A stretch of DNA of 63,800 bases, filler included, from Asterionella formosa (lineage: Eukaryota): the NCBI GenBank assembly GCA_002256025.1. It is 14 parts of 14 records of this genome, joined end to end, with 100 filler letters (N's around TTAATTAATTAA, not from the genome) between each part and the next. Parts side by side here need not be neighbours in the genome. Positions count along the whole stretch, not along the records: positions 45,718 to 50,165 come from NKIB01013515.1; positions 50,266 to 54,711 come from NKIB01013516.1; positions 54,812 to 59,256 come from NKIB01013517.1; positions 59,357 to 63,800 come from NKIB01013518.1; 10 more parts are not named here. One strand, given 5' to 3'. Every line of letters begins with the position of its first letter. Within the stretch, counting starts at the first letter, position 1. Shown piece by piece: positions 46,846 through 60,538 of the stretch. The notes beneath the pieces are model-generated. The model worked only from the letters and a program-made list of their open reading frames with translations. It had not been told where the DNA came from and ran no database searches. The position numbers and the translations under genes were made by a program.

Positions 46846-49734
46846 CTACTCTTCCTCTTCATCGACTTCTTCATCGCCTTCTTCATCGTCCTCATCTTCG
46901 TCATCTTCTTCGAGCCATAAGAACCAATCCACAGTCTGAATCACAGCCTTCAGCTTGCCATTCATGTGGTCATCGCTTTCGTCCTCCTTCCATTCTGCAA
47001 AGGCATCACCACTGGCAAGATCATACTGGTACATTGATCGAAACATGGATTGGACCAAATACTCATCATTCAGTTTGGGGAATCCTAATGTATCACAGTA
47101 CTTTTGAATACCCCAAAGGACTTGCATCTGACCATGAACATCATCCTCAACCAACGACAAGAGAGCGGCACCATACTTTTGTGGGCTCCCCCAAGTACAG
47201 GAAGGATCTGGATTCTTCATTTCCTTCTCAGAAAGCAAATGAAAGAGCAGTTTCTCCACGGATGGTAAAGCGACACCTTGATTTGCGCACCATTGCGTCA
47301 GGTCGTCTCCCAACTTACCGCCTGAAGCAAACTCATGCAGTAACTCGCTCTCGGCTGAAGCAATCTTGGCAAGTCTGGCCGCCTTCGCTTCTTCTTCTGC
47401 TGCCTTCATCGCCGCCATTTCTTTCTTAGCTTTTTTCTCCGCTTCCGGATCCTTTTCGGCCTTTGTTTTCGTTGGCGGAATAAACATATTATCTGCGTGT
47501 GCCTTGACAGATGGTGGAGGGACAAACATGTTGTCCATGGCAGGAGGAGCCTTGGGCTTGAGCAAATCGTCAACATTACGACGAGGGGCAAGTTCTTGCT
47601 CGTTATTGTTGTCCTTGGGGTTTTCGTAACGGTCACTGTTGTTGCCTCTGCGATCATCAAAGCCGCCGCGTCGGTCATCATCAAATCGTCCTCGTCGATC
47701 GTCTCCACTGAATCTACCACCGTCACGTTCTTCGCCACCACCCCCTCGACCTTGTTCTCTACGACGCTCTTCTGGAACATAGTCCTCATCTGCTGCCACA
47801 GCTGCTGCGAACCTAGAATTTTGTACCAGTGGCGGACCACGATCGTCATTTCTACCAAAGTTATTTTCACTTCGATCCCGATCGGCAGCAGCAGAGAATC
47901 TTGAGTTTTGCACTGGGGGTGGTCCTCCTCGGTCATCATGTCGACGACCACCACCGTCCTCGTTCCGCTCCGCATCTGCTGCAGCAGCTGCTGCTGCGAA
48001 TCTTGAGTTCTGCACTGGAGGTGGTCCACGTCGATCACGAAACGAATCAGAACGTTCCGCGTCAGCTGCTAAAGCAAAACGAGAATTGGTCGTCAGTGGA
48101 GGAGGACCATCGTTGTTGTTGCGAGTAAACGAGCGATCCGCTTCTGCCGCTTGAGCGAATCGAGAATTGGTAGGTTGAGGTGGGCCTCTATCCTCACGAC
48201 GGCGATCACTGCGCTCCTTTTCTTCGTCCGCGAGTGCTTCGAACCGCTTGTTGACAACTGGGGGTGGACCCCGATTGACGTTGCTATTGTTTCCTCCATC
48301 TCTGCGGTTGTTAGACTTTTGACATACATAGTTAGTTCTTGAAGAAATACTATATGCAAAAGCCATTTGTTATATCTAAACCCAAAATAGTCGCACTTAC
48401 ATCACGCTTGACACCCGGCGCACTTTCAAAGGCTGCGGCTCTGGAATTGATCACTTCTGGTTCACGTCGCTTCCGTTCACGCCGTTCTTTGGATTCCTTT
48501 GATTCTTCTTTGGATTCCTTTGATTCTTCCTTGGATTCCTTCAATTCTTCCTTGGATTCTAAATCTTCGGGAGGTGAGGCTTGTACATCCTTCGTTTCTT
48601 CGTTGGCAGGTTCATTAGGTTCATTGACTTTTTTAGCTGCTGGTGGTGGTGGCGGTTCAATAGATTCTTCTTTGGGTCCTTTGGTAATCTCCAATTCGGC
48701 CAATTTAGATGCAGTATCCACGGCAGAGGCATCGCCAAATGGATTAGACTTCGGCTTAATGGCTTCCAGTTCTGGCTTGTTTGAAGGAACTGGAGGACCG
48801 GTACGGCCTCGAAGCTGGAGCTTGGGTCGCTCGGCAGCGGGTGGTGCAGCGCCGCCTCCTCCTCGTTCACCTCCAGAAGGTCGATCAAATCCACCCCTGT
48901 CACTTCCAGAAGGACGATCATATCCACCCCTGTCACTTCCCGAAGGACGATCAAATCCACTCCTGTCACTTCCAGAAGGACGATCATATCCACCCCTGTC
49001 ACCTCCCGAAGGACGATCAAATCCACCCCTGTCACTTCCAGATGGACGATCAAATCCACCCCTGTCACTTCCAGATGGACGATCATATCCACCCCTGTCA
49101 CTTCCCGAAGGACGATCAAATCCACTTCCTCTATCACCACCACGATCGTATCCACCGCCACTTCTGGAATCACGGTCGAATCCACCTCGACTGCTTCCTC
49201 CTCCAAAGCCACCTCTATCACCGCCACTGCCACTGCCACTGCCACCACGATCAAATCCTCGACGATCGTCACCTCCTCGATTGCTAGTTCCTAATGATGA
49301 GTCTCCTGGAGTAGCCCCACCTCGTCGCCAAGCAGAATCATTCTCACTTCGACTAGGTTCATAATTCGTATCATCTTCGCGACGTGGCTTCCGCTTGAAA
49401 CTTCCATCGTCGTCCGCACTGTTTGTGAATGGGATGTGTATATGTATAAATATAAATACGGCATGTGAGAGCATGTGGAAAAGCACAACATACAGGGGTG
49501 ACTGCTGTCATGTGTTGGGTTGACAAAAGTTCCAAGTACAGTTTTCAGTTTGCATCGAATGACTTTCTATTTGCACTGTAGACACACACAAACAAACAAA
49601 GAAGATAAACGAGTAGACACTTACGCTCTTTCTCTAGGCGCACTGGGTAAATGGTCTCGTTCTGTGGATGGAGTTCCTTGCATGAATTCTCCAATGGACA
49701 TTTTCGTCCCCTTGGCCGCTTGATTCTTTCCCAT
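46846..49734 (-). CDS. eIF4B-like RGG/DRYG-repeat protein with a C-terminal W2 (eIF4G/eIF5/eIF2B-epsilon-type) domain; 3 exons
   Basis: Exons 49734-49625, 49418-48401 and 48315-46846 join through GT..AG introns that keep the frame. Motifs: LPSAPRER, ERPKLQL..RT, KSNPFG, the W2 AA-boxes MYQYDL..AFAEW and WFLWLEEDDEDE. Confidence 0.8.
48871..49135 (-). repeat. 33-nt coding tandem repeat (DRGG[F/Y]DRPSGS), about 8 units
   Basis: Visible head-to-tail units ccaccc.tgtcacttcc.ga.ggacgatca.at. Confidence 0.92.
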
Positions 49735-50819
49735 GATGAAACGAAATGAAATGAAAATGCCGACTCTCTCGTTGGTTTTGGTTTTGTAAATTGGATGGAG
49801 TGTGGTCTTTCAAATGGGACTATAGTGCAGAATGATGGCAAATGGCTGTTGCTGTTGCTATTGCTATTGCTGCTTGAAACGATTGAGCTCGTCGGCCACG
49901 TTTGGGACTCGCGACAGCAAATTTGCTGGAGAGGAGACAGATAGTGTTGGGGGGCGATGAGAAGAACGGAAAAAGAGAGGGCGGATAGATGAATGCATCA
50001 TACCGTACTGAACTCCGTACTACATGGAGTACAGTAATATACAGTTGTATTGGTATTCTCCCATTTCATGCATTATTGCAACGAATAAGCATCAAGGTCT
50101 CTACAATACAGGATATCAGCAATAGTTTGTCGTACAACGAATGGCACCATAATACTCCTTGGTGTNNNNNNNNNNNNNNNNNNNNNNNNNNNNNNNNNNN
50201 NNNNNNNNNTTAATTAATTAANNNNNNNNNNNNNNNNNNNNNNNNNNNNNNNNNNNNNNNNNNNNAATTGTTTTGGAGACTTCAACTTGAATCACCAGAT
50301 GTGTCTGGGGCCAAAATGGAAATCTTTAACCCAATCCACATTCACCATCCAATTCTCTGGCTGACATGAGAAGTACAGTCATAGAGAACTGAACCAAGAA
50401 CAAAGCTACCACAAATTTTTCGAATTCTACACAAGGAAGTGACTACCAACCAAACCTTTCCACCACCCCACCTTATATGGGGCATGGAGTGCCATGATGG
50501 CAAAACTCTAGAAATCGAATTGTAAGAATGCACTGTAAAAATGACTATTATGAGGTCCTTACATTTGTAATATAGAACATTCCCTTAAGTTGACAAGAAA
50601 TGACTGACTTTATCTAGATAAGCATACACAAAATGATGGTATCGGTGCAAGCTAAGTTTACCTTCAACAACCGTATTTTCTTTAGTTGCACATGATCCAC
50701 GTACATGATTATCCAAATATTTTGAAATAATACAGACCTCGCCATGTGTAGTAACTATGTTATGTATGCATCCAGTGTGGCCAGCGGCTTTGAAAGACTG
50801 CGCAAACCGGGCCAATCAA

Positions 50820-52660
50820 ATGTTGGTGAGTAATTTAATTTGTGGAATCAAAATATTTTTTGCGAATAGGGTACTTACAATGGATTTTTCGTATAGGAGA
50901 TTGTAGGATGAAAAATTGAATCTGATACATTTGATTCAATGTGTGTATAGATAGTAGGTTATTTTCATACCAGGATGTCTCCTAAAATATTTTCTCCGAG
51001 AAACTCCTGCTGGACAAGGATGCTTACTTTTAGTCCATAATCTGTGTACAAAAATGAATAAAATTTCGTACCAACCAATGGTTTTGTCATGCAATCTGCA
51101 ATCATTGCATCCATTTAACACTACTCAATCTGTACTTCTTTTCTTTCAATAAGATCAGTGATGTAAAAATACTTAATCTTGAAATATCATGTGAGTTTTC
51201 CTGAACTTGCTTTTTCGTTCTCTTATAGCTTCAATGAGCTAGTGTTGTCATGGTAGATCATGCTTGTTGTCACTTTATGTCATTTCACTTCAATATTAAC
51301 AATTTTGTCCACAACCCCTTCGAAATAATGTCGTCAACACCAACCAATTCTGCTTCAGTCAAACTTCTTGTGTTTCGTAGACACAGAACAAATAATTCCT
51401 TTTCCTAGTGAAAATGTAGCTCCATTGTAAATTTAAAAAACATGCCACTATATGAGTGTTTTCAGGACTCATATATAAAACCTCATTTTGAGTTGCATTC
51501 AAGAAAATCGTAATCTTGATTGGCTTTGCACAACTGCCTTTGTTTGGCTCAGTAGTTTGGGTTGCCAAAAACGTGATTCCTTGCTGAATGTCCTGTCTTC
51601 CTCGGCCGCTTACAAAGGAACATTCCTTTCATAACAAAATTATAGATGAATTTTGCATTATGATATTCGTGTTTCGTCGATTTTGTATCAACAGTGAATA
51701 GTCTGTCTGTCCAGGGAAATCTTCTGATACTTTCAAGTTTATTTGGGAAATTGTTCATCATTGATTTCACATAATAAGTCATTTACAGTCTTAACACTCC
51801 TGGAAGAGGAGAGTAATCTAGTTACATTGCCAGGTAATCATGCTTATTTCCATGCATGAACTTGACTTCACCTATTTCGTCAGAACTTTAAATCTTTTTG
51901 GTCATAAGAAATATTGATTGATCATGTTGCTATCCATGTGACTAGATTTCAAATCGTAAATGTGCCAATTTACTGTGTGCTGTTTGCCATTAACAGTGAG
52001 ATTTGCAACACATGGATCATAAGGATTGATTTTGAATCCAACATCCTTCCGAAATTTTTTCTAATACAACAATGATAATAGTACCATGCCATGATATAGT
52101 GCCTTGATCATCCTAATGTATAGGATCTTGCTGTTTCCTTCATAAACAACATTTCATAAGTCTTGGGGCTGATTTCTATCAACATATTGACAACTAAACA
52201 TCAAATGTTCATAATGATATGTTCCGATATCCACTTGCCCAATGCATTGGATATTATATCTGCCGTTATGACATCGCGTGGTCTTTGTTTTGTATCAATT
52301 GTTGCAGTTATCATAACTGATTCCATCATGGTGGTGGGACTAGTTGCCTTCTCTCTCTCCATATATTCTCATTGAAAACTGTTATTGGCACAAGCCCTCC
52401 CGTTAATAATTTTGTCTCTCACTTTAACCAAGAAATTAGGCTTTCCATCAGGCCGCGCCTTTCAAGCATGGTTAGATTGTCAATCATAGAAATTGGTTTA
52501 AATACAACTCTATCATGTTGTAACTTTATTTCTTGTTTGTACATGGCGTCCCTTCCTTTCAGGCCAAATTTCTTGAGACCTTCTGTTGCATTCTTTGATC
52601 ACATGATTTTTGCGTTCTGCTTCAGGAACATTTTCTTGTCGATTAAAGTTACTCATTTTC
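50820..52660 (-). mobile_element. Decayed Ty1/copia RT-RNase H with PPT and divergent LTR; relative of 40597-41062
   Basis: 50980-51200 aligns by eye with 40840-41062. RT relics include EKATSPT..MESVMITA, ADI.NA, GFKINPYDPCVAN, HDYLAM and FVMKGMFLCKR. Confidence 0.85.
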
Positions 52661-53104
52661 TTGTCAAATGATGTTGAAGTCAGCAGTCAGCAGTCAGAGA
52701 AACGAAGTCTGCAGTCAGTAGTTGGAAAGTTAAAGTCAGCATTTTTACGATAGTATCAGCACATAGTGGTAGCAATATGAGGAAGAAGATAGAAATGAAA
52801 TTTTAGGCATCAATGTCGATTTCACAGTTTACTATTATGTACAGAGTAAAAGGTACATCTCTGTTACTCATCTATGAATAGATTTTCAATTAGATCTAAC
52901 GTTTTACTCAGCATACATTAAAAAGCTGATTGATTATTCAAATATTTTGACATGTTGATGATAATTTTGATGTATCTACGGCAGTGTCTGTATGATCAAT
53001 CAAATTTGTACATTAGGTTAGTAACATACACATGTTAGGTTATGCGTATATAAGAACTCATACATAAAAGTTACCAAATCTAATTCGTTAACCAAAAGTG
53101 TTCA

Positions 53105-53214
53105 TATATTGATCAAATGTTTTGTTATGTTGATGATAATTTTGAAATACAATTATCCAAAATTGTTGATATATTGATCAAATGTTTTGTTATGTTGATG
53201 ATAATTTTGAAATA
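53105..53214. repeat. Direct repeat of about 45 bp
   Basis: atatattgatcaaatgttttgttatgttgatgataattttgaaata occurs twice. Confidence 0.85.
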
Positions 53215-54849
53215 TCAATGACTATGTTGGTGTGGTCAATCAAACTTGTTTGTCAGATTATTTTCTTACACAACTCAGGTTACGCATAAATAGAAGTCAT
53301 ATAAATTAGTTATCAAATTTCATATGCTTACCATATGCTTTGATATATTGATACGTTGTTTGATTGATCAATAGCTGTTGTTCTTTGATCAATTACGTTT
53401 TAGCGAAGGTTATGACTTTACACAGATTACCTTACATGTATGTAAACCTTGTACCCAATGATGCTATCAGAACGAATTCTGTGCAACAACGGTGTGTTCC
53501 TTGTTGCCATTATGATTTAAATGCTCTACCAATACATGCTTTGATCCAATTCTTGTACCGGTAGTACTATTTGTCATTCTTATCTCTCCATTTGCATATC
53601 AGTAATCGAATTTCTAACAAGCCAAGTGCGTTCGTTGAATCCCTTACGAGCTACCTTCTTGCAAGGACGACAATGATCTCAGTCTTATAACGAATGATAT
53701 GGTCTCGATATTGATGGGGAATTATGCTGGCGAAGTTTGATTGTTTGTTTGTTACTCGAAATCAAAAGCTTTGGTCGATTTATATGACAGAATTGGAGAA
53801 CAATGCATTGAAGGACATACTCAATTCCAATTCCAACCGAAATCAAGAAGATAGTACCTTTTGATCATAATTCGCCCATTGCGAACATCGATCCGTATTT
53901 CGAATCTGTTCTTCAAGATGAGATGTGGATCAAAGTGAAGATGGACCAGATGGCGGCGCAGTTTGTTGCTCATGGCCTTAATCATGGGTCTTCCATTCTC
54001 ATTAACTAGCTATTGGCAAGCACGTTTGTATGCTGCAGAATTAGAGCGGCCGCAACATAAGCACTAATCAGGAAGTAGCTTCATTTCATTCAGGAAATAG
54101 TAGCATCACATGAACCTTGAATGGCAGGGGGTTCGAAATAACAATCGTAACTTTGCTTAATAACATTGTACTATCCCATTGTTTTGAGAAATCTCTTTAT
54201 CGGCAACATCAGAGGCACTATATAGGACAGCCTAACCCCATTGCCACACAAATACTTTCCACAAAGTGACCACTATATTCATATAGCTTATATATACTAT
54301 GTATTGTAGCTTGTCCTTGTCCCACACATATGTTCTCCCCACTCAAAAGAGGTGTAAACTATTTATGAGGGTACCAGAATCATTATTCAATCAATAGCTG
54401 ATTCGAATGTCGTACAGCAACAATGGTTGTCAAAATGAGTCCAATGATGTTGATAAACTTCTCCGTTGTTGGGGCGTTTCAAATGATCCCTGTATTTTTA
54501 CTCATATTTTTGGTGATGGTATTGATACAGAAGATAAGAGGAACAAGCTTCTGTGCACCATTACGGCCACATTTGAGAAGCATTGCCAGAATTGGGAAAC
54601 TTTTTTCCTGAAGAGCCGATGGAATTCGTCATACCTGTCATTCCAAAAAAAATTACCGATGTCGTGTATTTTCCGTTTATGCATTGACACAGGCGAATAA
54701 AAACGAAATAGNNNNNNNNNNNNNNNNNNNNNNNNNNNNNNNNNNNNNNNNNNNNTTAATTAATTAANNNNNNNNNNNNNNNNNNNNNNNNNNNNNNNNN
54801 NNNNNNNNNNNTACAATCCCATGATGCATCATGGAAATATGATAGTTTT

Positions 54850-56090
54850 TATTTGCAGACGATCCCTCCTTTCCAATGACTGGAAGCATTGGAGAATCAT
54901 TGAGCGTGCCATGTCAGATACTGTTCTAATAGCCCGTTCTGCTACACCATTTTGATGGTGTGCATTTGTTCCACAGTATTGAAGACGCTGAGTATGTTCT
55001 CGAATGTGTTGAACAAAAGAGTTTGCCTTGAATGCTCCACTGTCAGTGAGGTTTGATTGTATAATGACACCATTTTCCATTGCCTGTTGCTCATAGTTTT
55101 GCTTTGCTCTGATGGTTTCAACAGCAGAGAATCCCAATTGGTGCTCCACCTGAATGTATCCGGTGCCATGATCCACAAATATGCAGCCCCTTGTAGGAGT
55201 CTGCTGATGGTTTTTCATACAAGTCAAAGGTGCGTCCTAAAAGGCGAGATTCGAAGAAAACCAGTGATCAACAGAAACTCTAACACCAGGTCCAAGATGT
55301 TCAGCCTTCAGTGCGCCAGTTCGTTTAGGATCATCTAGAGTATTGACAGATCTCGCATTTTAGGTCAAATGCATTGAATTTGGATGCTGAGGTGAATCGA
55401 TTGGCAGTGAATGGGAATGCGCGCAGTATTCGTTGAACTGCTGGTAAGTTTAAGTGTCCGAAGCAAGCAAAAATGCCAGTTTAAAAGAAGTTTTTGACCA
55501 GCACTAATGTTTTGATTTCCCTCGTTGGTTAAGGCAAAGATCACCTGCGGTAACATTCCTGATCCAATCCTGGCTTGCCCAATTGGGAGGTGATTTCTGG
55601 GGTCATACTACTCAACAATCAGACAAGGACCCCCATTGAATGGAAGCCTGAATGATTCTTCATCACCCTTGTACCATCCGCTTACTCCTTTTTCTTTATT
55701 GAAAAGATGTTGTGGACTAATCAGTCTCATTTTGGATTGAGGGACATAGTAGCATTGGCTGCGAATCTGCACTTCTGTGCCATCTTTGTTGCTGAATGTC
55801 CATGTAACTGGTCCGACTTCCTCTATTTTCAATCCATTGGCCATACCCCCAAGTCGAAGATCACAGTCTGGAATCGTAAGTGGCCCATCAAAGTCTTGTA
55901 TGTCGTGTGTAATTCCCAATGATGCTCCTGTATCGAAGACTACTGCTGACGTTGTGTTTGCCATTGTGAACAAAGAGTATGGGTCATGTGCTAAGATATC
56001 GATATCGGTAAGAACATCCATAACTTGAGTCGTTGAGTGGTTGCATGTTGGATCCTCCTTGGTATTTGCTAACACAGTTGCATTCAAGTC
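54850..56090 (-). mobile_element. Decayed Ty1/copia protease-integrase region
   Basis: VVFDTGASLGIT (protease), RLISPQ, QKLLLNWH, IFVDHGTGY, TDSGAF and HHQNGVAERAIRT (integrase DDE). Confidence 0.9.
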
Positions 56091-56784
56091 ATGTATGCAG
56101 TCAACAAACCTCCAGAAATCTCAATGAGTTGCTTGTTTCTTGACTTGAATGCAAAAGGGATCGAAACCAGTGGAAAAGCAAAAGGGAACTAAAAATTCTC
56201 TGCAAACTTCAGGACAATTGTGAAAGAGAAATGAAGGTTCTTGGGAGGACAAAATAAAGGGATAATTGCTTCTGGTCATGTGGGAACAAGAATGGAATGA
56301 CCAAAAATAGGTACCTACCGGAAAAAGGTAGCAATGCTTTCGGCATCAACAATCTAGATACTACAAGCCTGCTCCACCTGACGTCAATATAACTACATCG
56401 ATTCCTCTTTCATAAATGAAGAAAGTATGATGGGCGAAGCATGTTAGAAGAAATCGGGGTTGAGGTTTTCTTGACGCCAACATGCTTGGATTTTCTTGCA
56501 GATGACCTTTGATCATAAGCAACATATTGATCATATGATAAATGGTGTCGTTGATGAGAAAATGAAAGATCAAAATTTATTTTCAGGATTCAGGATTAAT
56601 TGATCTTAGAAATATGATCAAATGATCCTAAACACATGAGCATATTCAGTTTTCCGCTGCACTATTGTGGTATTCCCATGATAGAAGTAATACCCAGCAA
56701 GTAAACAGTACTACTACTGGTAGGCCATATGAATTTTTCGAATGTATATGGTCAATGTGTCTATATACATATATGTATGATTTA

Positions 56785-57880
56785 GACCATTTGAAAAATT
56801 GGTGATGACTCCCATTTATTAAGGGGTTTAATTAAATCAGCCTCTGACTTGTAGGTACAAGAATCGACACAAAACAAATTGAAAAAATTCAACAGGTTGT
56901 GGAAAACTATGAACTCATCATGCATTCTTGTATGTAGTGGAATTATGTATAATCAAAATTGATGATAGTATACACATGATCTGCCATATAATAAACGTGC
57001 GTAAAACTATGCAAATGCTCAACTGTATAATATATTTAAACTTACAAATCTTTATATATATGTTTACTTGGCTGAAACATTTGAAATCATGTTCCTTGTC
57101 ATGCATACACTTTGCTCCCGAAATGAAGGATTATCACATTTGATGACGCAGAAAACAAAAGTGATAACACAACACAATGATACTTGCAACCGGCTTAGAA
57201 GGAGTGAACACGGAAAAGGGCGGAATCAATTGATGGTAATTCAAGAGCAAATGCCTCCTTTCACATTCCTTGTCATGCATAAACTTCGTGAAATGAAGGA
57301 TCTCAAGCAGCACATGATGCGAAAAACTGAAGTGACAATACAACACAATGATGCATCATGCGGCTAAGAAGGAGTGAATATGATGGAGAAGGGCGGAATC
57401 AACAAGATGTGCATGTTTTCATGGCATGTCAAGAGCAATTGCCAGGATTATCAATTGTTGGGATTACAAATAACAAATACGGAATGACTCGTCCCCTTTC
57501 AGTGATTCAATAGCTCCTTTTCGATTTGGTGGCCAACCATCAATGTGGACAAAAGAAGTCGGTAAGTGCTAGCATCTTTGGATCAATCCACAACTGTTAG
57601 AAAAACTGACAAATATCAATTTCATCCTATTTTAGACAGTGATTTCGATGAGAATAACGATCATGTTAAGATAGATGTATGACAAAAGTATACACATCAT
57701 AGGACCATGATTAACTAATTATATGATGCAATGGTATTATAGCTATGATAGTATCATCATACTTCAAGCTCTGTAAAAGTTTACTGCATGATCATGATTA
57801 TATGATACATTGATCATATTTTTGATCCAAAAACTATCATATATGTAAAAATCCTGTGCCACTTTGCGTATGATACCCTT
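56785..57880. repeat. Second, inverted copy of the 38524-40060 repeat family, with an internal ~175-bp duplication (57090-57400)
   Basis: Reverse-complement similarity at both ends, and ttccttgtcatgcata..gaaatgaagga..caacacaatgat..agaaggagtgaa..gggcggaatcaa occurs twice. Confidence 0.6.
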
Positions 57881-60538
57881 GATCCTGTATGATTGATAGT
57901 TTTAATTTGCAGATGAATGCTCTGTGTATATAATTTGCAAACACCAAGACAGATCAACAAGGGACTCTTTTTATACAAATTCAATTTGTTTGGGTAGTGT
58001 GTCTTCCTATATTTTCTCTTGGTGTGTACTTGGGAAGATTCAATAAGAAAACGGTATACTAGGAAGGTTTGTCTACCTGGTGATATACCGTACTACTACT
58101 TTGAGCTTCAATGTATGTACCAGTTGATGTAGCTACTACCTGGTATATCAGCGTGCGCATGCAGGATAACCTCCTGGTAAAGTATTTACACAGGTATTTG
58201 TCGTAGTCACGTAATCATTTTCATAATCTATCGCCTATTACATGCTGGAGTGATAATAACAGCAAAAACAAAAGCATCATTGGCACAGCTATATGTCATA
58301 GTCACGTGATCATTTTCGTATTCTATCGCCTAGTACTTCGTGGTGAGTTGCCCCGTGGTATACCTACACCTGGTACCATACCAGGTCCCCTGGCACTCCA
58401 ATATAACAGAGCAAGTTGTGGTAATTTTGCTGAAGCTAAAGATTTAGCTATCTTTATCCAAGATTAAAGTGTTAGTCTTAGCAACATGACTGCAACTTGC
58501 ACAGGGTACCACCTCAGGTGCTGGTGATATGTTGCGTCCAGCAAAACTTTTTTGTTGCTCCGAAATGTGTATCTGTGTGTATCGCTGTAGATACAGTGTT
58601 AAGCAACACTTAATTTTATAAATTTAATATATGTCATGTAATTAATTTAATCAACAAGGACACCATTTTTATCTCTAACAGCAAGAACAACAGAAATGAA
58701 TTCCCATTCAGACATGGTCAGCCCAATCCAGGCTGACAACTGTCATCTTGGATTCATAGATCACCTAGTGATTCACTTCAGGGGTGGGGGTGGCTGGGAA
58801 TATTTTCTTCTCCTTCTTGATGCAACCCTGTACCCCAGAGGGTCCTCTGAAGCAACAACCAACAAGAACGAGGCTCAACAAGTGCACAACTTCTCTAGAA
58901 TGCATTGTGTGAACAAATTCAGAGAGTGAGCCATTATATGCCTCACAAGCACCAATGGATATATACGTAAGTAGTATATATATTATTCTGAACCCAACAG
59001 CTGCCCGAATAATTGTACTGACGCTCCTCTGCTGTTCATGTACTCATATTTTTTTAACTGACCCAAAAACCGTCGTAGCTGGAAGCACCAGGAGGACCAG
59101 AAAGACAGAACTTCGGTATATGTACCCGGGTACTCGGAGTGCCAGGTAGACTCCGAGGAACCAGGTACTGGTACTGTACCTGGTAGGGTACCCTGCTCCG
59201 TGCCGCTAATAATTTTGCCATTTCGCAGTTGTGCGCTCGTAGGTTTGTTTTCATACNNNNNNNNNNNNNNNNNNNNNNNNNNNNNNNNNNNNNNNNNNNN
59301 TTAATTAATTAANNNNNNNNNNNNNNNNNNNNNNNNNNNNNNNNNNNNNNNNNNNNAAGTGCGCAGATCCCGGTATATCCGATACACAACAGAAATAGAT
59401 AATCTAATTAAACCCTCAGTTACTTGTAATTACGTTGTCCTCAACCCGATTGCACGAACTCGTCACCCATCTCTCCTCCACAACAGTTGTAGCACTATCC
59501 CATCCTGTTTTGAAAATTCAGTACAGTACCACGTCTGAACGACTAAAACGACAGTCCTTGTTGAAATAATTTGATACAAGACATATCGGTATGTCATTAG
59601 AGGAATGTTAGTAGAGTGAGAAGCGATGACATGTGCACTAATGTCTATATCCCCTATCTAGTACAAACGACGAAAACGTTGTTCGATATATCATAATAAC
59701 AACGCTTGAAAACTTCAATTTATTTATCTTATTCCTAATACTCAATTAGATCTACGAACGACTACCGGTAATACAATAACTTGACATAGATTCTGGCCAT
59801 ACCGGTAATGACAGACATTCATAGATGTAGAAAGCAGAATCCTAGAAAAGGTTGAATTTGAATATGACTTCCGGTTGCTACTATCCATACTACTGCTTGT
59901 ACCGTAGTGAAAAACCTTGCTTCAAATTCTTTTACCTATACTACAGTTGATTTCAGACGCTATTGATTATACATTTACCGGTATACTAAACAATGATAGT
60001 TTACAAAAAGAAGTAATATTTCACATACTGTAAAAGGCCCAAGAGACCTGTGAACACGTCACTCTCTGCCGAAAGGCAGGTGGAAAGAACCGCACAATGA
60101 TCTCTCAATGCAGCTCGAGTGCCGTTTCTTAACACAAAAAACATTCCTATGTATCATATTTACCGGTATACTGGTAGTCTACCGTAGTAGATTTCCCCAT
60201 CGTCTAGTAAAGAATAGAGCGGTAACAATCGCAGGCGAGCAGACGTACAACCAATGGTCTGTTTTATTAATTATCCACTGCCGTCAGCCAACATGGTTTT
60301 TATTTTATCTTACTGATATCATCGGATGCAGAATCAAAACAAACATAAAATTAAAAGACGAAGAAACAAAAGTCACTTCACAGCACCAAAGTAACAGGGA
60401 CAATTAAATTAGGGACAAGGAGACCATTATACAAACACTCATTCAATTTGGTACCACTAATAGCTACACACACTGCAATCCCTTGAGGAGCACTTGACTC
60501 TTTTTCACAGCATCACTACTATCATTTTGATTATAAAT

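Noticed and set aside
48339..49364. 341-aa plus-strand ORF and other antisense ORFs over repeats (4626-5355, 24301-24846, 25810-26430)
   Set aside because: They are shadows of repetitive coding sequence on the opposite strand.
54407..54711. 97-aa ORF at the contig end
   Set aside because: It has no recognisable motif and is at the edge of the contig, so it cannot be supported as a gene.
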